The notes beneath the pieces are model-generated. The model ran no database searches. It worked only from the letters and a program-made list of their open reading frames with translations, and had not been told where the DNA came from. This document shows, in pieces, positions 52,240 to 61,462 of a stretch of 64,000 nucleotides of DNA; the first letter of the stretch is position 1, and every line of letters begins with the position of its first letter. Position numbers and translations under genes: made by a program. This DNA is from Candidatus Marinacidobacterales bacterium (GTDB lineage Bacteria > Acidobacteriota > Vicinamibacteria > Marinacidobacterales > DATDRI01), in the NCBI GenBank assembly GCA_965219415.1, contig CBDCNP010000002.1:1504001-1568000 (forward strand), given 5' to 3'.

Positions 52240-54657
52240 TCACTTCAGAACGGTGACGTTCTTGTCTTTCCCCGCACTGCGGACGGCGTCGAAGAGCGCG
52301 CTCGGACCGTTGAACGAATCGCTGATGATGACGCCTTCGCCATGCAAAGCGTCCTGGAGCGCCGAAGAAACGGCATGGAGTGGCGCACCGCCGCCTTCGC
52401 CCATGCCCTTCGCCCCGTTGTAGGAAAAGGGCGACGGGCTCTCGAGGCTCCCGCACTCGATGCGTGGCATGTTCATCGCGGTGATCGGCACATACTCGGC
52501 GAACTGGCTGGTCAGCATGTTGCCGTCGGCGTCGTAAACGCAGTTCTCCAAGAGTGCAGCGCCGATGCCGTGCGCCGTCGCGCCGTGGACTTGTCCTTCC
52601 ACGATGGCGGGATTGATCTTCTTCCCGCAGTCGTCGACCGCGGCATAGGCGAGGATCTTGGGGTGGAACGTCTCTTTGTCGACCTCCATGACCGCGATGT
52701 GTAGTTGTGCCGCGTAAGTTAGCGTCAGGTTTCCGAACTTCTTCTCGAGATCGGGAATCTTGAACGGAGGGTGGTATATGTAGCGACAATTGAGGCTGAC
52801 GGTCTCGCGAAGCTCTTCGCTGAGCTCGAGGTTATTGGCGTTGACCAGGTTGGAAAGCCTCCAATAGGCGACCGAGCGATCGGTTCCCTTGACCCGTACT
52901 TCAGGACCCTGCTCCCCGATCCCGAACTCTAGATCACCTTCGTCTGCCTCTAGGGTGAAGGCGGCAATCTTTTTCATCTCCGCCTTGAGATTCTCGACCG
53001 CCCCGTGGACGGCGGAAAGCCCGGTGACCGCGAACTGGCTGGCGTAGGTTCCAGAGTGACCGGTATAAGTGTTCCATTCGGTGTCGAAACCGGGTCGCAC
53101 CGACACCATTTCCGGCTTGATGCCTAGCTCGCTGGCGACCACCTGCGACGTCGTCGTCTCGTGCGACTGCCCCTGAGGAACCGTGCCGAGAGTCACAACC
53201 ACCGTGCCATCGATGTCGAGCTTGACGTTCGCGACCTCGGAGTTACCTGAAAAGGGCAGGTAGGGATTAATGATGCGCGCCTGCCCGAAATTGTTGGTTC
53301 CGGAGTCGAGGGTCGTTCCGATGCCGATCCCGAACCACCTTCCCTCCTTGCGCGCGGCCTCTTGTTTTTTCTTCCAGTCGTCCCAACCGACGAGCTTCTT
53401 GGCGATCTCCATCATCTTCGGGAAATCACCCGAGTCGTAGACGCAGCCGTTGGGCGTTTCGTACGGGAAATCTCGGATGTAGTTCCGGAGGCGCATCTCG
53501 TCACCGGGGATACCCAGCTTGTGGGCACAGATATCGATGACGCGCTCCACAAACCACAGATGCTGAAGCCGGGAATAGCCCCGATTGGGCCCCACCGGAC
53601 ACTTGTTAGTCACCGCCTGTTGGAAGTCGATGCGGAGATTCCGGATCTTGTAGGTCGCGGGCACCACCTGCGACCAGATCACGCATCCGAGGGGCTCGTA
53701 ACGAGGAAAGGCGCCGGCGTCATCGATGTGCTTGGAACGGATGGCGGTGATGATGCCGTCCTTGTCGAGGGCGACCTCGGTATTGCGATAGGTTCGCTCG
53801 TTCCCGTGGGCGCTCCCCGTCAGGTGCTCGCTGCGGGTCTCGGCCCACTTCACCGGAACACCACCAGCTTTGCGCGAGAGCAAAGCGCAAATCGCCATCG
53901 TTGGATAGTTCGTGATTTTGATCCCGAAACTACCTCCGATGTCGTGCGTCTTGGCGCGGATCTGATCGATGGGAACTCTAAGCGCCGGTGCCAGGAACTG
54001 AAGCGCGAACGCCGGGAAGGAACAATTTGTCCAGAAGTGAATTCTTCCCTCCGTCGCCCACTGCGCAACATGGGCGTTGTTCTCGAGCGGCGTACTCGTA
54101 AATCGATGGAAGTGCATCTTGTCGATCTCGACGATGTGGGCCGCCTCGTCGAACGCCTTGTCGACCTCACCCCACTCGTAGACTCCGTGCCAAACCTTGT
54201 TAGTCCCCGCCGTCTCGTGGAGGATCGTTTTGTCTTCCAGTGCGACCTCGGTGTCCACCACCACCTCGAGCATGTCGTAGTCCACGTCGATCAGCGCGGC
54301 GGCGTCCGAGGCGATGGCGGCCGTTTCGGCGGCGACCGCGACGACGGGTTCACCCTGGAAGCGTACCTTCCCCACTGCCATGCAGTAGTCCTGGATCTTG
54401 GCGCCGGGGTCAGGCGGGAGCTCGATGAATGGATCCGTCTGCTCCGCGACTTCGGTTCCGGTCAGCGTGCAGACCACGCCGGGCATCGCCTCGGCCTCGG
54501 AAACGTCGATGCTATTTATTTTGGCGTGCGCGTAGGGCGACGTGACGAATTTCACGTGCAGCATGCCGCCCATCTTGTAATCGTCCACGAAGAGGCCTTT
54601 GCCACGAACCAACCTATCATCCTCCTTACGGTGAACGGTCTTACCTACCCAACTCAT
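52240..54657 (-). CDS. Xanthine dehydrogenase-family molybdopterin large subunit
   Basis: RKEDDRLVRG, SPYAHA, IGGSFGIK, PNRGYS, YDSGD, QGQSHET, DDCGKKINP..VEGQ, KGMGE. Confidence 0.93.
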   Translation of the reverse strand: MSWVGKTVHRKEDDRLVRGKGLFVDDYKMGGMLHVKFVTSPYAHAKINSIDVSEAEAMPGVVCTLTGTEVAEQTDPFIELPPDPGAKIQDYCMAVGKVRFQGEPVVAVAAETAAIASDAAALIDVDYDMLEVVVDTEVALEDKTILHETAGTNKVWHGVYEWGEVDKAFDEAAHIVEIDKMHFHRFTSTPLENNAHVAQWATEGRIHFWTNCSFPAFALQFLAPALRVPIDQIRAKTHDIGGSFGIKITNYPTMAICALLSRKAGGVPVKWAETRSEHLTGSAHGNERTYRNTEVALDKDGIITAIRSKHIDDAGAFPRYEPLGCVIWSQVVPATYKIRNLRIDFQQAVTNKCPVGPNRGYSRLQHLWFVERVIDICAHKLGIPGDEMRLRNYIRDFPYETPNGCVYDSGDFPKMMEIAKKLVGWDDWKKKQEAARKEGRWFGIGIGTTLDSGTNNFGQARIINPYLPFSGNSEVANVKLDIDGTVVVTLGTVPQGQSHETTTSQVVASELGIKPEMVSVRPGFDTEWNTYTGHSGTYASQFAVTGLSAVHGAVENLKAEMKKIAAFTLEADEGDLEFGIGEQGPEVRVKGTDRSVAYWRLSNLVNANNLELSEELRETVSLNCRYIYHPPFKIPDLEKKFGNLTLTYAAQLHIAVMEVDKETFHPKILAYAAVDDCGKKINPAIVEGQVHGATAHGIGAALLENCVYDADGNMLTSQFAEYVPITAMNMPRIECGSLESPSPFSYNGAKGMGEGGGAPLHAVSSALQDALHGEGVIISDSFNGPSALFDAVRSAGKDKNVTVLK

Positions 54658-55112
54658 GCCGCTCCTCCTGACGACAACTTATCTCGCAATCCGCCGATCA
54701 GCGTCTCGATGTTTTTCTTGGCGATCGGCTTCAAGAGCCCACCTGCCAGAGACGCGAGCTTTCCTAGAATGATGACCTCACCCTTCCACGTGACCTTGGT
54801 CTTTCCGGCGTCGCCATTGGTGAGGTCGAATCCCGCGGTCAAATTCATCGACCCGCCGGCCATCTTCCCCTTGCCGGTGTAGAGCGCGTGCTCGGGAGGC
54901 CTGTCCTCGTCCAGCCGAAGTTTCACCGTCGCCGATCCTGGAATCTGCGGAACACCAACCTTGAGCTTCACCAAGCAGGTCTTGTCACCCTCAACCTCCA
55001 TGCTTTGAAAACCCGGCAGCAGGGGGCCGAACTCTTCTGGATTCGACAAGAACTTGTAGACGTCTTCCTTGTCTCGTTGGACCTCAAAATCACCTTCGAA
55101 GCTGATCGCCAT
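54654..55112 (-). CDS. coxG: CoxG/SRPBCC family protein
   Basis: VYKFLSNPE..LLPG, GKLASLAG. Lies inside the Mo-hydroxylase operon. Confidence 0.85.
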   Translation of the reverse strand: MAISFEGDFEVQRDKEDVYKFLSNPEEFGPLLPGFQSMEVEGDKTCLVKLKVGVPQIPGSATVKLRLDEDRPPEHALYTGKGKMAGGSMNLTAGFDLTNGDAGKTKVTWKGEVIILGKLASLAGGLLKPIAKKNIETLIGGLRDKLSSGGAA

Positions 55113-55121
55113 GACGTGTCC

Positions 55122-55601
55122 TCACTTCGTGCCGGCGGCCGACTTGATGGCCGCCATGATGTTCTGATAACCCGTGCAACGGCATACGTTTCCCGCAATG
55201 CCCTTGCGAATTTGTTTCTCATCGGGCTTCGAATTCTTGGCCAGCAGATGCGTTACCGACATCAAGAAGCCCGGAGTGCAGTAGCCGCACTGGAGACCGT
55301 GCTCATCGGAGAAGGCCTGCTGGACCGGATCGAGCTTGCCGTCCTTCTCGAGTCCTTCCACCGTAAGGATCTCTCCCCCATCAGCTTGAACGGCAAACAT
55401 CGTGCAGGACTTCACGGCGAGCTCGTCGAGAATCACGGTACAGGCACCACAGTAGGTGGTCTCGCACCCGATGTGGGTTCCGGTCAGTGCCAGCTCCTCG
55501 CGGATGAATTCCACGAGCAGCATCCGAGGTTCGACTTCGCGCCGGTAAGTCCGGCCGTTCACGTTGACTTCCACGGGGACTCTTGGAATTTGCTCAGACA
55601 T
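55122..55601 (-). CDS. Mo-hydroxylase (2Fe-2S) small subunit
   Basis: GCETTYCGACT, KSC, QCGYCTPG, CRCTGY. Confidence 0.95.
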   Translation of the reverse strand: MSEQIPRVPVEVNVNGRTYRREVEPRMLLVEFIREELALTGTHIGCETTYCGACTVILDELAVKSCTMFAVQADGGEILTVEGLEKDGKLDPVQQAFSDEHGLQCGYCTPGFLMSVTHLLAKNSKPDEKQIRKGIAGNVCRCTGYQNIMAAIKSAAGTK

Positions 55602-56487
55602 ATTCGTGGCTCCCCTCGATCGTTTCCCCGCCGGCCCTGCGGACGGCTCGTTGGGCGGCCCGTTTCACCAGAGCCCGTACCAAGACCTTTTTATAATCGG
55701 ACGAACCGCGAATATCGGACAGCGGTTCGGCTGCCACCATAGCGGCCTCGGCCACCGACTCTAGGTTCTCGGCGGTCGCCGCCTTGCCCTTCAGAAAGTC
55801 CTCGGCCTCTTTGGCCCGCACCGCAGTCAGTCCGACGGAGCCCATGACGATCTGCACATCCTCGCAGGTGTCTCCTTTCATGGTGAGCTGCACCGCGGCG
55901 CTGGCGGTGGCGTAGACCTGAGCGCTCCTTTTGAAGGCCAGGTAGGCTCCGCCGCTGCCTTTGGGAGGAATCTCCGCGCGGATCTCGCGGACGAGCTCGC
56001 CCGGTTCGAGGGCGTTCGAATAAGCGTCTAGGATAAAATCCACCAACGGAACGGTGCGCGACTCCTGGGGTCCCTGGCAAACGACTTGGGCGCCTAGAGT
56101 CAGCAAGACTGGAACCCAATCACCGCTGGGATCGGCCTCAGCCACCGAGCCACCGAGCGTTCCTCGGTTGCGGACCTGGACGTCGGCGATACCGCCGGCG
56201 CAGTCGGCCAGTATGGGGACTCGACCCGCGGCGGCGGACTCAGCGATGGCGCCATGCCGGGCCAACGCGCCGAAACGGACCTGGCCTTCGCTCTCATTGA
56301 TCCCGTCTAAGCCGGAGATGAAGTTGATATCGATCAAATCAGATGGCGCCGCCAAGCGCAGTTTCATGAGTGGGATCAGGCTTTGCCCTCCAGCCAGAAG
56401 CTTGGCCTCGTCTCCCAAATCTTTGAGCATCGAGGCCGCTTCCGTGAGGGAGCTTGCCCGGTGATAGCGAAAGGGTGCAGGGTACAT
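55594..56487 (-). CDS. Mo-hydroxylase FAD-binding medium subunit
   Basis: AGGQSLIPLMKLR, QVRNRGTLGGS, ADPSGD, DIRGSSDYK. Confidence 0.95.
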   Translation of the reverse strand: MYPAPFRYHRASSLTEAASMLKDLGDEAKLLAGGQSLIPLMKLRLAAPSDLIDINFISGLDGINESEGQVRFGALARHGAIAESAAAGRVPILADCAGGIADVQVRNRGTLGGSVAEADPSGDWVPVLLTLGAQVVCQGPQESRTVPLVDFILDAYSNALEPGELVREIRAEIPPKGSGGAYLAFKRSAQVYATASAAVQLTMKGDTCEDVQIVMGSVGLTAVRAKEAEDFLKGKAATAENLESVAEAAMVAAEPLSDIRGSSDYKKVLVRALVKRAAQRAVRRAGGETIEGSHEYV

Positions 56488-56582
56488 CGCGCTGTCTCCT
56501 TGACAGTTTCGGCTAGAGCGGCGGGTAGATTAACACAGGCCGAGTTCGCGAGCGAAACCTGTTTTGCGGAGGTTCCAAAATG

Positions 56583-59456
56583 TCAGCGGGGCTCGTCGGA
56601 GCCCGGCGAGCCACCGACCTCGCGGCTTTCCTTCCAAGCAGAGGGGTCGTTCGCATCCTTCGCCGGATCGGCGTCATATCGCACGAGCGAGGGCCCTCCA
56701 CCGTCGGCGCCCGCCGGCCAGCGCCCGCTATCGTCGTACGCCACCTCGAGAACGACATTGCCGTTCGGTGCGGTCAATTGGAGCCGTTCACCGCCGTTGT
56801 TGAGCGCACCCTCATAGGCTCCTAGCGGCTCGAACCCATAGCGCCGGATGAAGGCTTCTTGGTTGGCCGCCAAAACGATTTGTGCCCCGCCCGACAGGAC
56901 CGTTTCCATGGGGAAGGTAAACCGGATGCCGGCGCTGAAGGACAATCCGCCCAGGTCGAGTGGCGTCGGCCCCGTATTCTTGATTTCGAGGAACTCGTGA
57001 AGCGACTCGTCAACTAGGAGCTCGTCCTCTTCAGGGTGATACATGATCTCCGTCATGAGAAGCGCCGACCAATCCTGCTCCATAAAGAACAGTGCTTCGT
57101 TCAACGCACTCCAACGTCCATCCGCGAGGACACGCGCCTTCAGCACGGTCGCCAACTCCAGTCGAACTGGCTCCCCACGGTACTCGCGCGCCGCGTCCGT
57201 CACGGTGCTCTCGAAGGAGCGACGAGGATCGCTCCCGTCGGTGGTGTAATAGATCGTGCCGGCCGGTGCCTCGACCGTAACCTCGAGACCCGGCTCGAAG
57301 AGACCACCGTGTCGGCCGAAGCGCGGCGCCTCGAGACGCGGATAGAGCGCTTCATCACGGCATTGAGCAAGGAACTGTGCGGCGCGCCTAGGAAGCCAGT
57401 CCTCCAAGATGCGGTCGCGCTCCTCTACCCACTCTTCGTCGCGAGTGAATGCGGGCGTTCGTCGTGTAGCGCCCCACCGCGCCGACTCGGCGATGATGGC
57501 TTGGTCGATGCGAGACGCCCACTGGAAATAGCGGGCCGCGGGACGGTTGCGTTCTGCCTCGGCCGGCTCCCAGCCGGGGCGATCGGGGTCGACATAAAAC
57601 GTGCCGTCGTTATAGAAGTGCCGGTGTAGTCGATCACCAAACCGGAGCCGAAACTCCGCGTTGTCTCTTAGCTTCTGAAACAGCCGACCCGGCGTCTTGT
57701 CTCCATTGCCGGTCGTCAAGCCCCTTTGATAATCCCCCGAGTTGGTCCACACCGGTCGATAGTGCGGGAGCGTCCACTCGGCGTCCCAGCTGAGGAAACG
57801 GAAACGCGCCTGTGGGACTCGTTTTCGAATCGCCCTCCAATTACGGATCGGCCAATCGTAGTTAGCGAGGAAGTTGTTCACGATGAGGTAATCGATGAAG
57901 TGGGTCAGATCCAAATAGCCGAGGAGCTTCCGAAAACCCACGTCGGACGACACACCTCGATTCGCAATCGCGAACATCGCATCGAAGACGGCAAGATCCC
58001 CCCGCTCGGCCCTGCGATCCTGAATGACGTCGAAATCGTCCTCATCGCCTCCGAAGACCGCCGCCGCGAAGTCCGCATCCTGACGGTCCTCCATAAAATA
58101 GAGCCCCCAGTACAGCCCGTTCACATACAGATGAACGAAGCGTCCCGAACCGTTGAAGCTTCCCGTCGAGTTCTGAGCGTCGCGTGTAAAAGCGTTCCGC
58201 AGATACTGAGCGTAGGCGTTCTCTGCCGTTCGCGTCGTCCAACTGTGATTGAAGCCAGCACGGAGCACGAGACTGTCATAGCGATCCATGGGTGAATCCG
58301 AAAACAGGCGATGCCGAAACTTACCGGGCCCGTACTTTCTTCGAAAGGCGATCCGGAAGCTGTGCTTAGGGGTGGCGCGCGGTTCGCGAGACCTCCCTCC
58401 TGAGATCCGCACCCCACAGTTGACTTGAAACTCTCTCTCACCAGGCCGAAGAAGCTCGAGCGAAGCCAGCTTTTCCCAGGCGCGACCTTTTTCGGTCGAG
58501 TGTCGATAGACTCCATCGGGGCCGAACATGTCCTCGTGAGAGGTAGTGAGGGAGAGACTGGGTATCGCCTGGAGCGCGCCGGCGATACGGTCTTGATAAA
58601 CAGGGCTTTCCACCACACCGGGATCCATCCCTGTACTCCAATGAGCGTCTTGGGGGGCGACGTCCTTCTGATTCCGAACGTCATCAACAAAGATATAGGT
58701 CCGGGTCACGATGGTAGTGGGTACCGCATGGGACTTGAAGGCGAGGGCTCTAAGGACGGTGGTTTCGTCGATCATGATCGGACCCTTATAGAGCTCCCCG
58801 TGGGTCGGGGAGGGCCAGCTACCATCGGTGGTGTAACGGATCGAGGCTTGCTGCGTCGGAGTCTGGATGCTCAGCTCGAACGGCTCGCCGGGAAAGGGCT
58901 CCTCTCTACCGAAACGAATCGTCTCCACTTTTTCGATGGACCACGGGGACAACCATCGCCTGGCGATGTCTCGCGGTGAGCTGTCGCCCGGGATCAACCA
59001 CTCTACTGCCAGAAAGTCCTTACTCTTGCCTTCCTTGTGTAGGATTTCGAGGTAGTACCGCTCGCCCGCGTCGAGCGCTACCGGCTCGGACAAGCCATCC
59101 GCCCGCGAGTGCGAGCTCGATGGACGTGCGATCGAGGTGAGGCGGGTCTTATGCTCGGGCCGATCGTCCGGGCTCAACCACAGCTCCGATGACCCGCGAC
59201 TCCCTAGGAGGAGCCGGTATTCCCCTGAGACGGGTGGGTGAAGGAAACCGCGGATTCTCGCGCCGTAGGAGTCCTCGAATTGCGCAGGCGACTCTAGTTC
59301 GTCGAGGAGTCGCCGGCCGGTGGGATTGTCGGGAAAATCTGGGTGGTCAGTGAGTTCGGAGACGGAGACTCCTTCGATTCCCACCCAGTACTCCCACAGG
59401 ACACCACCGCCCGCGGGTGAGGAAGTTGGCGAGCATGCCGAGGACACAGTGAGCAA
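56583..59456 (-). CDS. Secreted PA14 / FN3-associated / CotH kinase / lamin-tail-domain protein
   Basis: PA14 (YGARIRGFL, YYLEILHKEG), IRYTTDGS x2, CotH (KHSFR, LYVNGLYWGLY, NYDWP, WDAE), LTD (TEIMYHP, EFLEIKN, LNNGGE). Confidence 0.88.
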   Translation of the reverse strand: MLTVSSACSPTSSPAGGGVLWEYWVGIEGVSVSELTDHPDFPDNPTGRRLLDELESPAQFEDSYGARIRGFLHPPVSGEYRLLLGSRGSSELWLSPDDRPEHKTRLTSIARPSSSHSRADGLSEPVALDAGERYYLEILHKEGKSKDFLAVEWLIPGDSSPRDIARRWLSPWSIEKVETIRFGREEPFPGEPFELSIQTPTQQASIRYTTDGSWPSPTHGELYKGPIMIDETTVLRALAFKSHAVPTTIVTRTYIFVDDVRNQKDVAPQDAHWSTGMDPGVVESPVYQDRIAGALQAIPSLSLTTSHEDMFGPDGVYRHSTEKGRAWEKLASLELLRPGEREFQVNCGVRISGGRSREPRATPKHSFRIAFRRKYGPGKFRHRLFSDSPMDRYDSLVLRAGFNHSWTTRTAENAYAQYLRNAFTRDAQNSTGSFNGSGRFVHLYVNGLYWGLYFMEDRQDADFAAAVFGGDEDDFDVIQDRRAERGDLAVFDAMFAIANRGVSSDVGFRKLLGYLDLTHFIDYLIVNNFLANYDWPIRNWRAIRKRVPQARFRFLSWDAEWTLPHYRPVWTNSGDYQRGLTTGNGDKTPGRLFQKLRDNAEFRLRFGDRLHRHFYNDGTFYVDPDRPGWEPAEAERNRPAARYFQWASRIDQAIIAESARWGATRRTPAFTRDEEWVEERDRILEDWLPRRAAQFLAQCRDEALYPRLEAPRFGRHGGLFEPGLEVTVEAPAGTIYYTTDGSDPRRSFESTVTDAAREYRGEPVRLELATVLKARVLADGRWSALNEALFFMEQDWSALLMTEIMYHPEEDELLVDESLHEFLEIKNTGPTPLDLGGLSFSAGIRFTFPMETVLSGGAQIVLAANQEAFIRRYGFEPLGAYEGALNNGGERLQLTAPNGNVVLEVAYDDSGRWPAGADGGGPSLVRYDADPAKDANDPSAWKESREVGGSPGSDEPR

Positions 59457-59508
59457 CGATGTGCAAACCAGGTAGCCGACCGCTATCCAACCTCTGACTA
59501 TGCGCAGG

Positions 59509-60486
59509 TCAGATCTCCAAGAGGTCTTTGCCGACGATCACCTCACCGCGAAAGTGTTTGCTCGCCCGTTCACGCCACATGTCGTCGGTGATCGAAGGGT
59601 CGTCTCCCGGCACGAGGTGGGACAAGACCAACGTGCGAACACCCGCCTGCGAGGCCAGCCGACCAACGTCTTCCGCCTTGGTGTGACTCGCCAGAACGTG
59701 CTCGACTAACCGCGTGGCATTCCCCACCCTCTCGGCGAGACGCTCGATGCCGGGTGGGTAAAGTGCTTCGTGCACCAGCACGTCCGCACCTCGCGATAGC
59801 GTCAGGAGATCGTCATTCCATCTCTGCCCAGCCTGGCGGCGGGCGGTATCCCCCGAGATCACGATCGAGCGATCCGCGGTATCGAAACGGTACGCGAACG
59901 AAGCCTCGACCGGGGGATGATTCACGAGGGCGGCGGTTACCTTGACCCGATCGTCTTCCATCACCAGGCCTCCCGCGTCCAACTCATGCGCATGAATGAG
60001 TGGCGCCAGGGGAACCCGGCCTTCGCCTGCGACCCGTGTCTCGAGGTCGTACGCGTTCGAGTCGAAGAACAGCTTGGTCATCTTCTCGATCGGTGGAGGA
60101 CCATAGGCATCGACCCGGGTCGAGAGACCGCTTGCCCAGGCTAGCAGCGTCAAGTTTCCATAGTCGACGTTGTGATCCGAGTGTTGGTGGGTGATGAAGA
60201 TCTTCGCGAGGCGGCCGGGGCCGATGCGGGCTCGCACCAACTGGCGTGCGACTCCGTCTCCGCAATCCACAACGTAGGGGACGTCATCAACGAGAATGAC
60301 CTGAGAGGGCCCCGCACGCTCGGCCATCGGCCGCGGCCCGCCCCCGGTTCCCAACAAGATCAGACGGGTTCCGCCCGCTCTCTTCGGGCTTGGCTCTCCG
60401 GGTACGCCTCTACCCAAACCAACCGCCAGTGCACCGGTACCCAACAGAAAGTTGCGCCGCGAGAACGCGGAAGAGCGCATGGACAC
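59509..60486 (-). CDS. Tat-exported MBL-fold hydrolase (RNase Z/arylsulfatase-like)
   Basis: SRRNFL, LLGTGGG, VDCG, THQHSDH, ISGDT, LVHE, LSHLVP. Confidence 0.9.
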   Translation of the reverse strand: MSMRSSAFSRRNFLLGTGALAVGLGRGVPGEPSPKRAGGTRLILLGTGGGPRPMAERAGPSQVILVDDVPYVVDCGDGVARQLVRARIGPGRLAKIFITHQHSDHNVDYGNLTLLAWASGLSTRVDAYGPPPIEKMTKLFFDSNAYDLETRVAGEGRVPLAPLIHAHELDAGGLVMEDDRVKVTAALVNHPPVEASFAYRFDTADRSIVISGDTARRQAGQRWNDDLLTLSRGADVLVHEALYPPGIERLAERVGNATRLVEHVLASHTKAEDVGRLASQAGVRTLVLSHLVPGDDPSITDDMWRERASKHFRGEVIVGKDLLEI

Positions 60487-60611
60487 CCCCTTTAGGACTC
60501 CGCGATTCTAGCCGCGCGGCCAACCCCCGGCAAGGGGCGTCTGACCCCGTTCAAATGACGCCCCGGTGGGCGTCAAAACGGTACGTTGCCATTAGTCAGC
60601 CGAGTCAGACG

Positions 60612-60656
60612 CCTATTCTGGGATCCGACGTCTGTCCCATTCTGACATCTGACCCC
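60612..60656. repeat. Dispersed 45-bp intergenic repeat (copy 2)
   Basis: 39/45 identical to 22929-22973. An additional TCTGACCCC lies at about 60540. Confidence 0.8.
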
Positions 60657-60702
60657 GGTCCCATGGGTCCCATGGGATACAATTCAGCAGCAGGGGTGCC
60701 CA

Positions 60703-61449
60703 ATGAAGCTCAACGGTAAGACTGTACTGGTAACCGGAGGAAGCCGAGGTCTCGGCAGATCCATCGCCAACGCCTGCGCCGAGGAAGGCGCAGACCTCGT
60801 CATCACCGGCCGCGACAAGGTGGCCCTCGATGCCACTGCCGACCGCATTCGCTCCCTCGGGCGCTTGTGTATGGCGGTCGAGCTCGAAGTCTCGGATTCG
60901 TCCGCGGTCGAGGAAGCGGCCGACCGAGTCTGGTCGGAAATGGGCACCGTCGACGTTGCCTTCAACAACGCGGGCACCAATTTCTTCAGCCCCACGCTCG
61001 ATACCAGCGACGATGACTGGCACCGCGTCATCGAAGTCAACCTGAGCGGCGTCTTTTATTGTTGTCGCTCGTTCGGCAAGCGAATGCTCGAACAGGGCCG
61101 CGGGAAAATCGTCAATACGTCGACCGACCTCGGGATCCGAGGGTTTGCGAACGCCGCCGCCTATGCCGCCAGCAAGGGGGGATTGATTGCTCTATCGAAG
61201 AGCTTGGCTTGGGAATGGGCGCCGACTGTTACCGTCAACGTAATCGCGCCCGGGCCCTTTTACACCGACCTCACGAAGCCGGCGTTCGATCAGCCCGAGA
61301 TGGCGGCGGGTTTGAAGGCGGCTAGCCCACTGGGTCGTTGGGCTCAGCCGAGCGAGCTCGGGCCCCTCGCGGTCTTGATGGCGGGGGGAGGCTCCGACTT
61401 CATGACCGGCACCGTGATCGGAATCGACGGCGGTATCATGCGCGCCTGA
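60703..61449 (+). CDS. Short-chain dehydrogenase/reductase
   Basis: TGGSRGLG, NNAG, YAASK, VNVIAPG, IDGG. Confidence 0.95.
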   Translation: MKLNGKTVLVTGGSRGLGRSIANACAEEGADLVITGRDKVALDATADRIRSLGRLCMAVELEVSDSSAVEEAADRVWSEMGTVDVAFNNAGTNFFSPTLDTSDDDWHRVIEVNLSGVFYCCRSFGKRMLEQGRGKIVNTSTDLGIRGFANAAAYAASKGGLIALSKSLAWEWAPTVTVNVIAPGPFYTDLTKPAFDQPEMAAGLKAASPLGRWAQPSELGPLAVLMAGGGSDFMTGTVIGIDGGIMRA

Positions 61450-61462
61450 ATCAGCTCGCTCC

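Noticed and set aside
52240-56487. Aerobic CO dehydrogenase (coxMSL)
   Set aside because: The large subunit lacks AYXCSFR and no coxDEF genes are present.
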